This document shows, one piece after another, positions 12,301 through 18,545 of a stretch of DNA of 64,000 nt (positions are counted from its first letter, which is position 1; each line of letters starts with the position of its first letter). Source of the stretch: a virus; IMG/VR virus record IMGVR_UViG_3300036773_000096, positions 56,180 through 120,179 of that record. One strand, 5' to 3'. The notes beneath the pieces were generated by a model that was not told where the DNA came from, ran no database searches, and saw only the letters and a list, made by a program, of their open reading frames with translations. The position numbers and the translations under genes are program-made.

Positions 12301-13998
12301 AACGGGCGCGGCGGGCGCGGGCGGGTTAGCGTGCGGTGCTGCCCCCGGTGGAACCGCCGGAGCCGGTCCTGCGACGCCCGGCTTTTGCTGCCCGCCATCG
12401 GGGGCAGCGCCGGCCTGTGGAGTCACTGCCTGCGCGGCGACCGCGTCGAGACGCTTGGCGGCGACCTCCGATGGCAGCACCAGCAGGCTGGCGGCCATCT
12501 CGTGCGGGTCCTGATCGGGCGGCAGACCCATCCGCGTGAGGGCTTCCGCGAGGGCGTCACGATCCTGGGTGGCGATCGCCGATTCGGCGTCATCGCGGGC
12601 GCCGGCCGCGTCGACTTCACCGACGGGCGCGGGGGCGGAGAACGGGGTGATCTGAGACAGGACGTCGCGGACGGCCTGCTGGTCGGCGCTGCGCTGCTTG
12701 GCGTTGGCCCACCGCTTCTTACGCGCTTCGATGTCATCCCAGGGGATGCCGATCTGGGTGAGGTGATCCAGCGCGGCGTCGATCTGGTCGGGGGGCGCGT
12801 CGGGGGGGATCTGGGCGGCGTTGGACAGGCCGCTGCCCGCATTGGCGGTGTCGACGATTGTCCAACCGGCGCCTCCGTGGACGGCGGCGAGCTGCCCATC
12901 GGTGGACGCGTGGACATCAGCGCCGGGGGCGGCGAACTGGGCGAGCATCGCCAGGGAGTTCTCGGCCAGGCTGGAGTCACCGAACGCCGGGGTCTTCTGG
13001 ACCTGCTCATTGAGTTCCTGGTACCGCTGATGCAGCGCGGCTAGTGCTTTGGAGACACCGGGGCCGGGCGGCGCGAGCGGGGCTAGGGCAGGGTCACCGG
13101 GCGCGCCGGCAGCACCGGGTGTGCCCGGCTTGGCGGGCATTCCGGGGCCACCGTGGAGCTGCTGGGGCTTGACCGGCCCACTGGCGCCTTCCGGTGCGGT
13201 GGTGGCCGCGATCTGTGCGGTGGTGGGTGTCTGGCCGCTGCGGGGACGCATGCCGGCTTTGATGGGGGTGCCTAGGGGCATGCCCCAGAACTCGGCGTCG
13301 CGCACGACACGGATGCCCTTGTACTCCACGCCATCAAGCACAGTGGTCCCCTCGTCGGTGACACCGGAACGAGACTCATCGTACCAGATGTCCCCGACAC
13401 CTTCGGAGAGAGATTTCACCCCCGTGAGGTGCGCGAGCTTATGTGCCCCGTGCAATACCTGGGACCACTCATACAAATCATAGTCATGCAGGTAACGCTT
13501 ACCGCTGCGCATCCGATAACCACCGGGGCGCACCTTATACCCAATGGAGAAACATTCCTCCGGCCCGTAGAACTTAGCGTCCGCGTAAGCGTCGCGGCCG
13601 ATCTCTTTATCCAGGTTGTACTTCGCCTTGATCAGCAGACCGCCCGCGTTGGCCGGCCACGGCTCACCCTGCGGAGTCGTCTTAGGCAACTGCGGGTCAC
13701 CCGGCATGAGTTCCTTCGACCACACCAGCCGCGACACCTTCGCTGACCAGTTGTGCGACATCACGCCCTTGGGCTTCAGCCGCTTGATCGCGGTGGCCAG
13801 CGAGCCCGGCACGATGACGTCGCCGACCTCATCGACCACCCCAGAGACCGCGACCAGCGCCGTGATCGTGCCGTCGGCGTCGTCGTGACCGATCACCCCG
13901 GTCAGCGGGGAGGTCATCTCCGCTGTGGGCAGCGCCTTCCACTCCAGCGCATCCATGTCCTCCGGAGTGTCGACGTCATCCGGGAACGTTGTGGTCAC
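3307..13998 (-). CDS. giant 3,563-aa fusion: HK97-type prohead protease + Pro/Ala-rich and helical cargo region + DarB-like N6-adenine methyltransferase + SF2 (SNF2-like) helicase + C-terminal Zn finger
   Basis: Protease-like N-terminus (VDEVGDVIVPG, SHNW, FSIGY, LYEWSQV). MTase motif I VLEPGSGSG (~8760-8795) and motif IV GNVPF (~8591-8608). Helicase Walker A AHVVGAGKT (~6571-6597), DEAH (~6081-6095), ATGTP, and motif VI QRDGRIMRQGN (~5040-5068). C-terminal CPECG...CPSCG. The GTG start overlaps the upstream TGA. Confidence 0.9.
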   Translation of the reverse strand: MTTTFPDDVDTPEDMDALEWKALPTAEMTSPLTGVIGHDDADGTITALVAVSGVVDEVGDVIVPGSLATAIKRLKPKGVMSHNWSAKVSRLVWSKELMPGDPQLPKTTPQGEPWPANAGGLLIKAKYNLDKEIGRDAYADAKFYGPEECFSIGYKVRPGGYRMRSGKRYLHDYDLYEWSQVLHGAHKLAHLTGVKSLSEGVGDIWYDESRSGVTDEGTTVLDGVEYKGIRVVRDAEFWGMPLGTPIKAGMRPRSGQTPTTAQIAATTAPEGASGPVKPQQLHGGPGMPAKPGTPGAAGAPGDPALAPLAPPGPGVSKALAALHQRYQELNEQVQKTPAFGDSSLAENSLAMLAQFAAPGADVHASTDGQLAAVHGGAGWTIVDTANAGSGLSNAAQIPPDAPPDQIDAALDHLTQIGIPWDDIEARKKRWANAKQRSADQQAVRDVLSQITPFSAPAPVGEVDAAGARDDAESAIATQDRDALAEALTRMGLPPDQDPHEMAASLLVLPSEVAAKRLDAVAAQAVTPQAGAAPDGGQQKPGVAGPAPAVPPGAAPHANPPAPAAPVKPNPVGTAHADGTTTVTAGANTIPGGYDLPKTPPATPEAPAAPADDRKYGTPVLVNTYGIKPGSYPTVKASEVRAGDHVMLSRHDGGKVTQAKPGRTGQTLITYDDGTGGGTQTRGVKNRSALPLVSAGTPAVDPNKPQAAPEHEYKPTGNHNAPEKLTDAQLAAESAAAHERHMTARRNNLPKNSLEYSDSKLAATRFGDESRRRAAATVAESTPAPEVDAHPLVTPAAPDDSALLAQLSGHVSAPHLSAALATLARDQSDPALAHAATIARGSLDSPSAKTPEKLAAELIRVKNQMAEAPDSATLHATLDGLQRIVAALKADNSKVQVGGKPRAGSPQRQLLHENLAEYTRHVRGALHADENPDTPGDQPPATAPEDTGGPKVKPDPLRPAPGQIDYSAIQKRSHPAYRDAALRQLDDTELASVKREATRRGGHGANMADSVRTEEIRRRITPDELRKRADKTGGGASDGEAKRMRDRADDYERRDAAGIGRHDFATLPLGEHPKAPESTGGEVPAGTPDGTVPVPPEVADSAHRIRGEALGLSDGPDGQEEVTQEVADRQERVAALLETGEAGLADQTDPQLTETRKDLTDELALQDELHRRDTERKREAATRKAEAGASSVSATDAPAGPEDTGPKVRPGVAGAAEDLGDALNATPRDDAAVAAAAERFAKMLRRHGDSTAFDDIRTAIGDGDIHTAIASGKLKAGMLFTAAGALREQRRVKRNEGAKARRLAKRLDRDRIKSLIGSVDAELRRRKGAPEDGKRGAVDAPRKGPVPSTAAPSTEPAPHSQQVRRDERDARLAADGNRVTRAQEHMREARAAADGGDFEGAFAHLDQAQELNPERQRLWDKARGIVTGQRDRAKGAQSPQREGDDRGSSGEASRSVVPDVPAAGVRGDQGQADVLRRPGRASAPADTADSRPTGGAGSGGGELPREAGAPERRAASGDGEGDAGVPDEPAAPERPGQRAATAGDTGPVDGADGGSDGSGADSSTGGLPGSPGGTEAAAPGQREGGDADTAGAPSAPDVTETDQPSADVGQVDAIPDTGESFHPTGLDDFAPAGKKSKLEANLAALRTLRQLQDERRAATPEEQATLARWAGWGGLPEVFDDNKPEYAKQREELRGLLSDSEWAEARRNTLNAHYTDPRVVQSLWKAMGDLGFDGGRVLEPGSGSGTFIGFAPEHADMVGVELDSTTAAISRALYPHATIRNESYAATRLPAGSFDAAIGNVPFGDFALTDRVHNPGRKMSIHNHFIAKALAQTKPGGLVTLLTSRYTLDSKDSAARKKLAELGDLVGAVRLPTGGHSRISGTDVIEDALIFRRREPDAAPLTSQDWVNSHDQDINGHTITINDYFTAHPEQMLGEVTAEKGQYGTGSLIVKGDKTMADLPAALDRIVAAAKADGITASPRMEGLTAFTTPDDDRHEGHIAAHEDGTFTQAEQGTAVALDVPAKHAEAVRGLIGLRDTLRSLLAAEAASVSDSPDIKALRKQLNDRYDAFTKKYGPVNHYTLTKSGARKPDPARNLFRKDPMSAIVRALGAYDAETGTESKTSIFRKRASTPREIPTHADSPEDAVALSMDTYGRVNLPAIATMLDTDEAGARERLGDLVFEQPPLSAADADAAFRAHIEEASGIASDGGRFGGISAGLNLDDAPDTSALDSVGEAVRSEGSLEPAAAYLSGNVRRKLAAAREAAKRDDRFAKNVTALEAVIPPDLGVDEVDGRLGAAWIPADDVRAFMVELLSDGDDPYHSIKVSTSGGGIWTVEGGQWGTKATEEWGTDRLSAGEIIQSLLEQRSIQVRDTIKDADGKSKSYPNLEATTAAQAKAEELSDRFSEWLWEDSDRTRRLLAAYNNQFNAIRLRSYDDMPRVFPGMADSFDPFDHQVGAVNRMVSEPCALLAHVVGAGKTAEMAMGTAELKRLGLANKPAIVIPNHMLEQFSREYLQIYPNAKVLAAGTDDLAGDKRREFVARAATGEWDAIILTQKAMEAIPMSRPAMQAYIDREMATMKAQLASAQASAAGDSAKEKTVKKMENSLIKAEEALKAKLDKVKDAGVSWEETGIDYLCVDEAHMYSNLRTISNIQGAGATGSDMASDLHMKMEHLRANNKSGRVGTFATGTPIRNTVTQAYIMQRFLDPETLREAGIHSFDQWAATFGKTVDEMELKPEGTGFRQTTRFAKFRNVPELLRLFHLFADVKMADDLNLKTPDLATGGVQNVIVPASPELSAYVQELGQRAEDVRNGKVKPEDDNMLKISGDGRKAALSMALVGEKHQPGKIEEAADNIYKIWDANKDRPVPKDINDPAGGDDPPPGGMQIVFCDMGTPGGAGMNAYQKLRDELAARGMDPKSIRFMHEAKNDREKAELFAAARNGQVSVLVGSTEKMGVGTNVQRRAVALHHLDAPWRPSDVEQRDGRIMRQGNTNKEVAIFRYVTEGSFDAYMWQTLERKKKFIDQIMRGKMGDVREIEDVGDTALSYAEVKALATGNPLLMDKAKVDVTVGKLTRLERQHARTQTNLRRDVVSYGANAEQADADAAAYNAAIAKRTDISGDKYSINVAGITARTRADGATLLKSAMQDQIRERRYGYAGSKPKPLGTIGGHVLLGQPEVHYDKLGTKRFGMTLSWEGLPGNIVHISPSDVEKLGAGINTTLANSLNNLEFRRDLQVDRAASLRSEAATMKARIGVPFAHAAALKEATAESARLQAAMEAAGMKGDAGPQQDEATKGLATARTKASAKVALMGRGSAGPEKDRLKRFSIPAASPDAAASPDGTLAALGSGNKLEVFMTSDGELIPRPDDARGAIDNVHALLDDLAALDFPWAEGHWAINRRIQPGYSGGYEAPDYSKPYEERERIRKAKEAARQAEADAERAKIDAVWKRHLVVEEKTAGSLVDELTMLRAARLGVEFKLRAQQGPKPSDTDADGPDTDGPEDVESYEDTVIEGYRYVMDASGMLVKVAPCPECGNDIMIPAYGMVGTAPCPSCGTGALQGRATATVG
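9207..9665 (-). CDS. overprinted gene in the +1 frame of the giant ORF; resembles TnpV-like small proteins that precede DarB-like genes in actinobacterial ICEs/plasmids
   Basis: GAGAGG RBS 9 nt before GTG 9665; G/C-ending codons in this frame and A/T-ending codons in the giant frame; sequence LARQAEAWYRTYQPQAYAGIKDKQTFFDDLAEQARQQI...YPEKLGRLNAAQQAATEKVMREFL. Confidence 0.7.
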   Translation of the reverse strand: MGVLARQAEAWYRTYQPQAYAGIKDKQTFFDDLAEQARQQIQQTADQLAGPDPEGESYPEKLGRLNAAQQAATEKVMREFLMSPPPPNAPDNALPLPATPDPSMVPTEDPTDQALTQALADFQAAQEELRQQHRDSAKAAMPTLPERPAHLT

Positions 13999-15863
13999 GT
14001 CACGGCCTCCGCCGATGCCGCCTCGAACAGCGCACCCCAGCCACCGTCGTCAGCACCGGGGTCCGGGTCGCCCGACGGCACCCCGTCGACCGGGTCCGCC
14101 TCGGGCTCGGCCTCCTCGACCACCACAGGGTCGGGGTCGGCGACGAGCTTGGAACCCAGTGCGGCCAGCGCGGCGGTGCGCTCCACCTCACTGGGTGGCT
14201 CGGCGTCCTCATCGGTGTCGCCCTGGGCTTCGGCCAGCTCCGCGAGATAACCCTCCACCCACGGCTCATCGAAAATCTGACCCCAGTCGTCGATGCCGGC
14301 GAACATCTCCGCTAAGTCCGGCTCGGCCACAGCGAGACTTTTGACCTCCGTGGCATCCCAGTCCCAGTCAACCAGCGACTTCACACCGTAAGTGATCGGC
14401 TTGCCGGGCTTGGCTTTCGCGGTGTGCGCGTTCTTGCCCGGCCACTCACCCGTGGCGATCTTGTGAATGTTCGCGGTCAAACCGTTCAGAATGCGCGGAT
14501 TGTGCACGTATTTCGCCAGATGCCGGCGCAGGCGCTTGAAATCACCGGGAATGCCCGGCTTCCACTTCGCCCGGCCTTTCGCGGTGCGAGCCCAGAAGTT
14601 ACGCAATCGCGACGCCCCCGGCGACGGTGAGGTGACCTTGACCTCGACCCCGTCCTCCAGGGACTTCCCGTGAAATGAGTGCGGCTCCAGGTAGCCGATC
14701 TTGGCGTGCACGTGGGGCTCGGCGCCCAACCGGATCGCCTCGGCCGCGAGGTGTTCTTTGTGCTTGGCCTTGTGGCTGTCGCGGACCTTCGAGTGTGCCC
14801 GGATCGCCGCGTGCAGCGCGGCCAGGTGCGGCAGCGGTGCGGGCGCGGCATTGCCCGGTGCCCACGACTTCGTCTCAACCTCATCCTCAGGTGCAGACTT
14901 CGTGCCGCTGCCGTCGGTGCTGGCACCTTCCAGCGTGTCGATGCGGGACAGGGTGTGCGCGCTGGCCCCCAGGCGCTTCGCGTGGCCCCGTAATACCCGC
15001 ACCCGCGCCGGGCGATCCTCAGTGGGACAGTTCCCGTGCTCCTCGATCGCCCGATGCAGATCATCAATGGACTCCAGGCGCGGCCCGTCATTGACCACCC
15101 GGCCCATGTTCATCTCCCGCACAGCGGCCTTGACCTCCGCACGGCCCATCATGTCCCCAGCCCACGACAGTCCCGCCGGCCCGCACGCCCCCGCGACCCA
15201 GATCAGCCCCGACATATCCAGGGCCTTGCCCTCAATCACCTCCTGCGCGTACGGACCGTCCAGGCCCTCCGCCGCGTCGCGCACCGCCTTCGGCGGTGTG
15301 AACGTGATCGACTTGACCTGTGGTCTGGGCATGCCCGCCTCCTGATCTCCCAACGGCACATCGAGCACGTCACCAGCGAGCGCGAGGCGCAGCGTGGTGA
15401 AGCGCACCGGGCCGGTGTAGCTCAACGCGTCGATGCTGATTCCGTAGCCGGCCGTCACATGCCACAGGACAGGGGTGTGCTGGTCGGGTAGATCCGGGTA
15501 ATCCTCACCCGTAGCCATGACCCAGGTGGCCCATTTGCGCAGTGGGTCAAGGTCGGGCGTGTCGCCCACCAGGTAGACCGCACACGGCTCTTTGTCGCTG
15601 CCGGCGTCCCCGTCGGGGTTCAACGTGGCGTGACCAATGATCCGAGCGGTGACCGCGTCCAGGCCCGGCCCGCTCGCCGTGATCAGCTCTTTCAAGTGCT
15701 GGGCTTGCCCCGCCGGCCACTGAGCGACGTCATCGCCCAGGTAGAGCAGGGTCAGGTGGATCTGATCGGCAGGATCACCGCCGTCGACAACCAGCTCACC
15801 GGGATTGTCGGGGATCAGTGCGAGCATGCCCCCGCTGTAGGTCTTCGGCTCCTCGTCAGTCAC
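13995..15863 (-). CDS. head-associated multidomain protein with an N-terminal 2H phosphoesterase (LigT/Acb1-like) domain
   Basis: Two HxT motifs (IHLTLLYLG, WHVTAGY); later domain RLRNFW...GDFKRLRRHLAKY...GLTANIHKIATGEWPG recalled from actinophage head proteins; GTG 15863 overlaps the upstream stop and its TGA overlaps the giant ORF start. Confidence 0.8.
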   Translation of the reverse strand: MTDEEPKTYSGGMLALIPDNPGELVVDGGDPADQIHLTLLYLGDDVAQWPAGQAQHLKELITASGPGLDAVTARIIGHATLNPDGDAGSDKEPCAVYLVGDTPDLDPLRKWATWVMATGEDYPDLPDQHTPVLWHVTAGYGISIDALSYTGPVRFTTLRLALAGDVLDVPLGDQEAGMPRPQVKSITFTPPKAVRDAAEGLDGPYAQEVIEGKALDMSGLIWVAGACGPAGLSWAGDMMGRAEVKAAVREMNMGRVVNDGPRLESIDDLHRAIEEHGNCPTEDRPARVRVLRGHAKRLGASAHTLSRIDTLEGASTDGSGTKSAPEDEVETKSWAPGNAAPAPLPHLAALHAAIRAHSKVRDSHKAKHKEHLAAEAIRLGAEPHVHAKIGYLEPHSFHGKSLEDGVEVKVTSPSPGASRLRNFWARTAKGRAKWKPGIPGDFKRLRRHLAKYVHNPRILNGLTANIHKIATGEWPGKNAHTAKAKPGKPITYGVKSLVDWDWDATEVKSLAVAEPDLAEMFAGIDDWGQIFDEPWVEGYLAELAEAQGDTDEDAEPPSEVERTAALAALGSKLVADPDPVVVEEAEPEADPVDGVPSGDPDPGADDGGWGALFEAASAEAVT

Positions 15864-16101
15864 AGGCGTCACCGGGGAAGTGCCAGGTTCCCCCGGCCAT
15901 CGCCTCGTCATAGGTGCACTCGTTGTGGTGCGTTCCCGTAGGCGTGATGACGTAGAAGTTCCACATGCTGGCGCCCAGCTGCTCAACGGCGATCGCTGGG
16001 CGGCAGCGCGGCCGGTAGACCTGCGTCCCGTCGATCAGGACGGGGCTACCGTGAGCGCGATAGTGCACATGGTCGCCGATAGTGAGCTGCACGTAGCGCA
16101 T
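15856..16101 (-). CDS. conserved small phage hypothetical protein
   Basis: IGDHVHYRAHGSP...CRPAIAVE...TPTG...GTWHFP pattern recalled from actinophage small proteins; start trimmed to ATG 16101. Confidence 0.6.
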   Translation of the reverse strand: MRYVQLTIGDHVHYRAHGSPVLIDGTQVYRPRCRPAIAVEQLGASMWNFYVITPTGTHHNECTYDEAMAGGTWHFPGDACD

Positions 16102-16282
16102 GGTGTCAGCCACGGCGCTGCCGGGAGCTGGGGCACGCCGCATGATCTGGAATCGCCCGCACTGCCCTGTTACACTCGGCCTTGCGGATCTCGGGACCCA
16201 CATTGAGGCTATGCCTCTGTGGGATAACCCTCGGGTGAGGCCGGAACCGGGACAGCCCGCCAGCAATGGCGGGCTGTTCGCG

Positions 16283-16675
16283 TTAACGGGCTTGCGACAT
16301 CCGACCCCGGCACAGTGAGCACACCGCGAAGACGTAAGTCAGGCCCTGAAGCTTCGCCATCGCCCCGGTGAGGTGATCAGTGACGGTGTTCTCGACGACG
16401 TGACCGCACCCGTCACAGGTGAGGTTCGCGACGGTCTGGGAACTGGGTGCGGTCACCAGATCGGTGCACAGACCGCAGACGACGAGCCCGCACTTCGCGG
16501 CGGACATCACCACGGGCATGCCGTTGCGGGGAGTGGGGTTGTGCATGCACGTCTTGGACTTGCCGTCGTGCCACAGCGCCCGATCGGCTTCGATCTTGTC
16601 ACGGAGCCACAGGGGTAGGTCTTCGATGCGCTGGAACTGGCTACTGCGCTTGAGCTTCGATCTACGAAGTCCCAT
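16283..16675 (-). CDS. Cys-rich hypothetical protein
   Basis: AGGGGA RBS before ATG 16675; CxxC pairs (CGLC, CDGC, CSLC). Confidence 0.6.
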   Translation of the reverse strand: MGLRRSKLKRSSQFQRIEDLPLWLRDKIEADRALWHDGKSKTCMHNPTPRNGMPVVMSAAKCGLVVCGLCTDLVTAPSSQTVANLTCDGCGHVVENTVTDHLTGAMAKLQGLTYVFAVCSLCRGRMSQAR

Positions 16676-16905
16676 TGGATCCCCTAGCGGGTGTTGGTAG
16701 CGGCCGGAACGGGCGGGTGGGGCGGCCACCCCGCCCAGTGCCACTAGGCAGGGGGACCGCCCCGGAACAGCTCCGCCCGTGTTCCGACGAGGGAGAACGG
16801 AGCTGTCCCTTCCTTACACCGGCTCCCACCCGGCGATTGGGCCTGCGCCAGTCGTGAGCGATCCTTCCCCGATGCTCACTTCCGGAGGTCCCTGGGAGTC
16901 TTGGG

Positions 16906-17898
16906 TTAGGCAGCGAGCCCGTACATCTCCCGGATCACGGTGTAGGCCTTGATCTGGGTGGCGGCCAGCGTCGAGGACGTCAGGGCCCGGCGGGCGCGGG
17001 CCCGGTCGAGGTTGTCGTCACCGCCGCTGCGGATGCCCTGCACCCACTGGCCGTACTCGTTGATGGCCTGGTAAGCGCCCCATGCGGTGCCGGTGATGTT
17101 GGCGTTGGTGGGGCCGGTGTAAAGCTCCTGGAGGGCTTCGACGCGCTTGTCGTAGCGGGTCTGCGCGGCCTTGGACTCCCCGCCGAGCGGGTACATGATG
17201 TCGATGATCGTGCCGAACTCGTCGTCGGTGACCGGCGTGGCGAGCATTTGGCGACCCTCGGTTTCCAGGTCGCGCATGCCGGCGACGGTGGCCATCAGGG
17301 TGTCACCGGCCAGCGCGGTGCGCTCCAGGGCGGAGGAGGTGTGCCGGATGGTGACCTTCAGGTCGCGGCCTTCGCGGACCATCTGGGACTGCTGGTTGGC
17401 ACACCACGCGCGCTTCGCGCCGGGAATGAAGTGGTTCGACGACAGCCCGTGGGACATGAACGCGGTGACGTAACCGATCATGCGGTCGTCGCCGACGACG
17501 ATGGGCTCGGGCAGCTCCAGGGAGACGAACGCACGCGCCCCGCCGATGCCGTAGTGCCGGACGTCGATCTTGCCGGCGTTGGCGATGGTGGCCCCGGTCT
17601 GGCGGGCGACGGCATCCAGGGCGTCAGCGTTGTCCTCGAACTGCACCACCTGAAAATCGTCGCCGACAGTGATGTTGTGCAAGGGCTCACCGAGCGCGTT
17701 TTCCAGGCAGTACTGGCCCTCGACGAGCTGGCCGGTGTTGGCGGACAGGACGGGAACCTTGCGGACGTCCATGCCGGCGATCCCGGCGTCAATGAGGGCC
17801 TGGTGGGCGGAGCCGGAGTGCCGGACGTCGGTGCCCAGGGTGGCCATGGCGTCGATACGGCCGTCAATGGCAGGGGCGGTCGCGAGTGCTGCGGTCAT
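16906..17898 (-). CDS. DUF932 / phage-plasmid TIGR03299-like protein
   Basis: ATLGTDV...DVRKVPV, FQVVQFED, IRHTSSA, GTAWGAYQAINEY; GGAG RBS before ATG 17898; has its own promoter. Confidence 0.8.
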   Translation of the reverse strand: MTAALATAPAIDGRIDAMATLGTDVRHSGSAHQALIDAGIAGMDVRKVPVLSANTGQLVEGQYCLENALGEPLHNITVGDDFQVVQFEDNADALDAVARQTGATIANAGKIDVRHYGIGGARAFVSLELPEPIVVGDDRMIGYVTAFMSHGLSSNHFIPGAKRAWCANQQSQMVREGRDLKVTIRHTSSALERTALAGDTLMATVAGMRDLETEGRQMLATPVTDDEFGTIIDIMYPLGGESKAAQTRYDKRVEALQELYTGPTNANITGTAWGAYQAINEYGQWVQGIRSGGDDNLDRARARRALTSSTLAATQIKAYTVIREMYGLAA

Positions 17899-17923
17899 TG
17901 AGATCTCCAGTTGTCGGTGCGGT

Positions 17924-17965
17924 CGGAACACTTTCGAGTGTAGCGGGGCTGCGCTATTGCCGCAA
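17924..17965 (-). promoter_or_regulatory. SigA/HrdB-type promoter TTGCGG-N17-TACACT followed by N7-GTTCCG
   Basis: Read directly upstream of the DUF932 gene; member of the repeated promoter class. Confidence 0.65.
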
Positions 17966-17967
17966 CT

Positions 17968-17993
17968 GTAACGCAGCTCCGCAACTCTGCGAT
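17968..17993 (+). promoter_or_regulatory. ECF (SigD/BldN-type) promoter GTAACG-N16-CGAT
   Basis: Exact motif 45 nt upstream of ATG 18038, in the matching orientation. Confidence 0.65.
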
Positions 17994-18037
17994 GTAGCGG
18001 GCGTAAGCGTTCCGACCCAACCGAAAGCGAGCACCAC

Positions 18038-18295
18038 ATGACCACAGCAGTCACCACCCCAGCCGCCGAACCCACCACCCCCAACCCGCACACCAACACC
18101 CTGGCGATCCTGTCACTGGTCTTCGCGTTCTTTTGCTGGCCGGCGGGGCTCGTCCTCGGCCACATCGCCCGCAGTCAGATCAAGCTCACCGGAGAGCAGG
18201 GCAAGGGCCTCGCCACCGCCGGACTCGTCATCGGCTACGCGTGCCTCGCCGTGATGGTCCTGTTCATCTGCGCCACCATCGCAGCTCTGGCGTAA
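18038..18295 (+). CDS. DUF4190-like membrane protein
   Basis: NTLAILSLVFAF...GLVLGHIARSQIK...EQGKGLATAGLVIG is the DUF4190 pattern. Confidence 0.8.
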   Translation: MTTAVTTPAAEPTTPNPHTNTLAILSLVFAFFCWPAGLVLGHIARSQIKLTGEQGKGLATAGLVIGYACLAVMVLFICATIAALA

Positions 18296-18332
18296 AGTCA
18301 GCCAAGCTCTGGTCCGGCGGTCTACGGCCAGG

Positions 18333-18369
18333 CGAAACCCGGCCCGTGTAGCAAGCGGGCCGGGTTTCG
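18333..18369. terminator. bidirectional terminator between convergent genes
   Basis: Perfect 14-bp stem CGAAACCCGGCCCG / CGGGCCGGGTTTCG with a 9-nt loop. Confidence 0.75.
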
Positions 18370-18374
18370 TGGCG

Positions 18375-18536
18375 TCAGGGCTGAGTTTTCTTACCGTGCG
18401 CGACCGCACCCCAGATCACCGTGACGACGAACAACACAATGGCCACATAGAGCAGCCAGCCCACGACGTGCACCGCCGCGCCGATGACGCCCACGATGAC
18501 CCACAGGATCAGCAAGCCGACAATTAGTCCGATCAT
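18375..18536 (-). CDS. 53-aa 2-TM membrane protein (not in the ORF track)
   Basis: Hand-translated MIGLIVGLLILWVIVGVIGAAVHVVGWLLYVAIVLFVVTVIWGAVAHGKKTQP; follows the MuF stop. Confidence 0.55.
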   Translation of the reverse strand: MIGLIVGLLILWVIVGVIGAAVHVVGWLLYVAIVLFVVTVIWGAVAHGKKTQP

Positions 18537-18545
18537 GGGCGAACC

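Noticed and set aside
10204-13044. 946-aa + strand ORF, and other long antisense ORFs such as 5857..7023 and 5101..5856
   Set aside because: They lie exactly opposite the giant gene, are Arg/Gly/Val-rich and motif-less; typical shadow frames of high-GC coding DNA
15864-18165. Long N-terminal extensions given by the ORF track (13995..15986, 15856..16266, 16283..16744, 16906..18165)
   Set aside because: They overlap neighbouring genes or promoters; downstream starts have RBSs or stop-start overlaps
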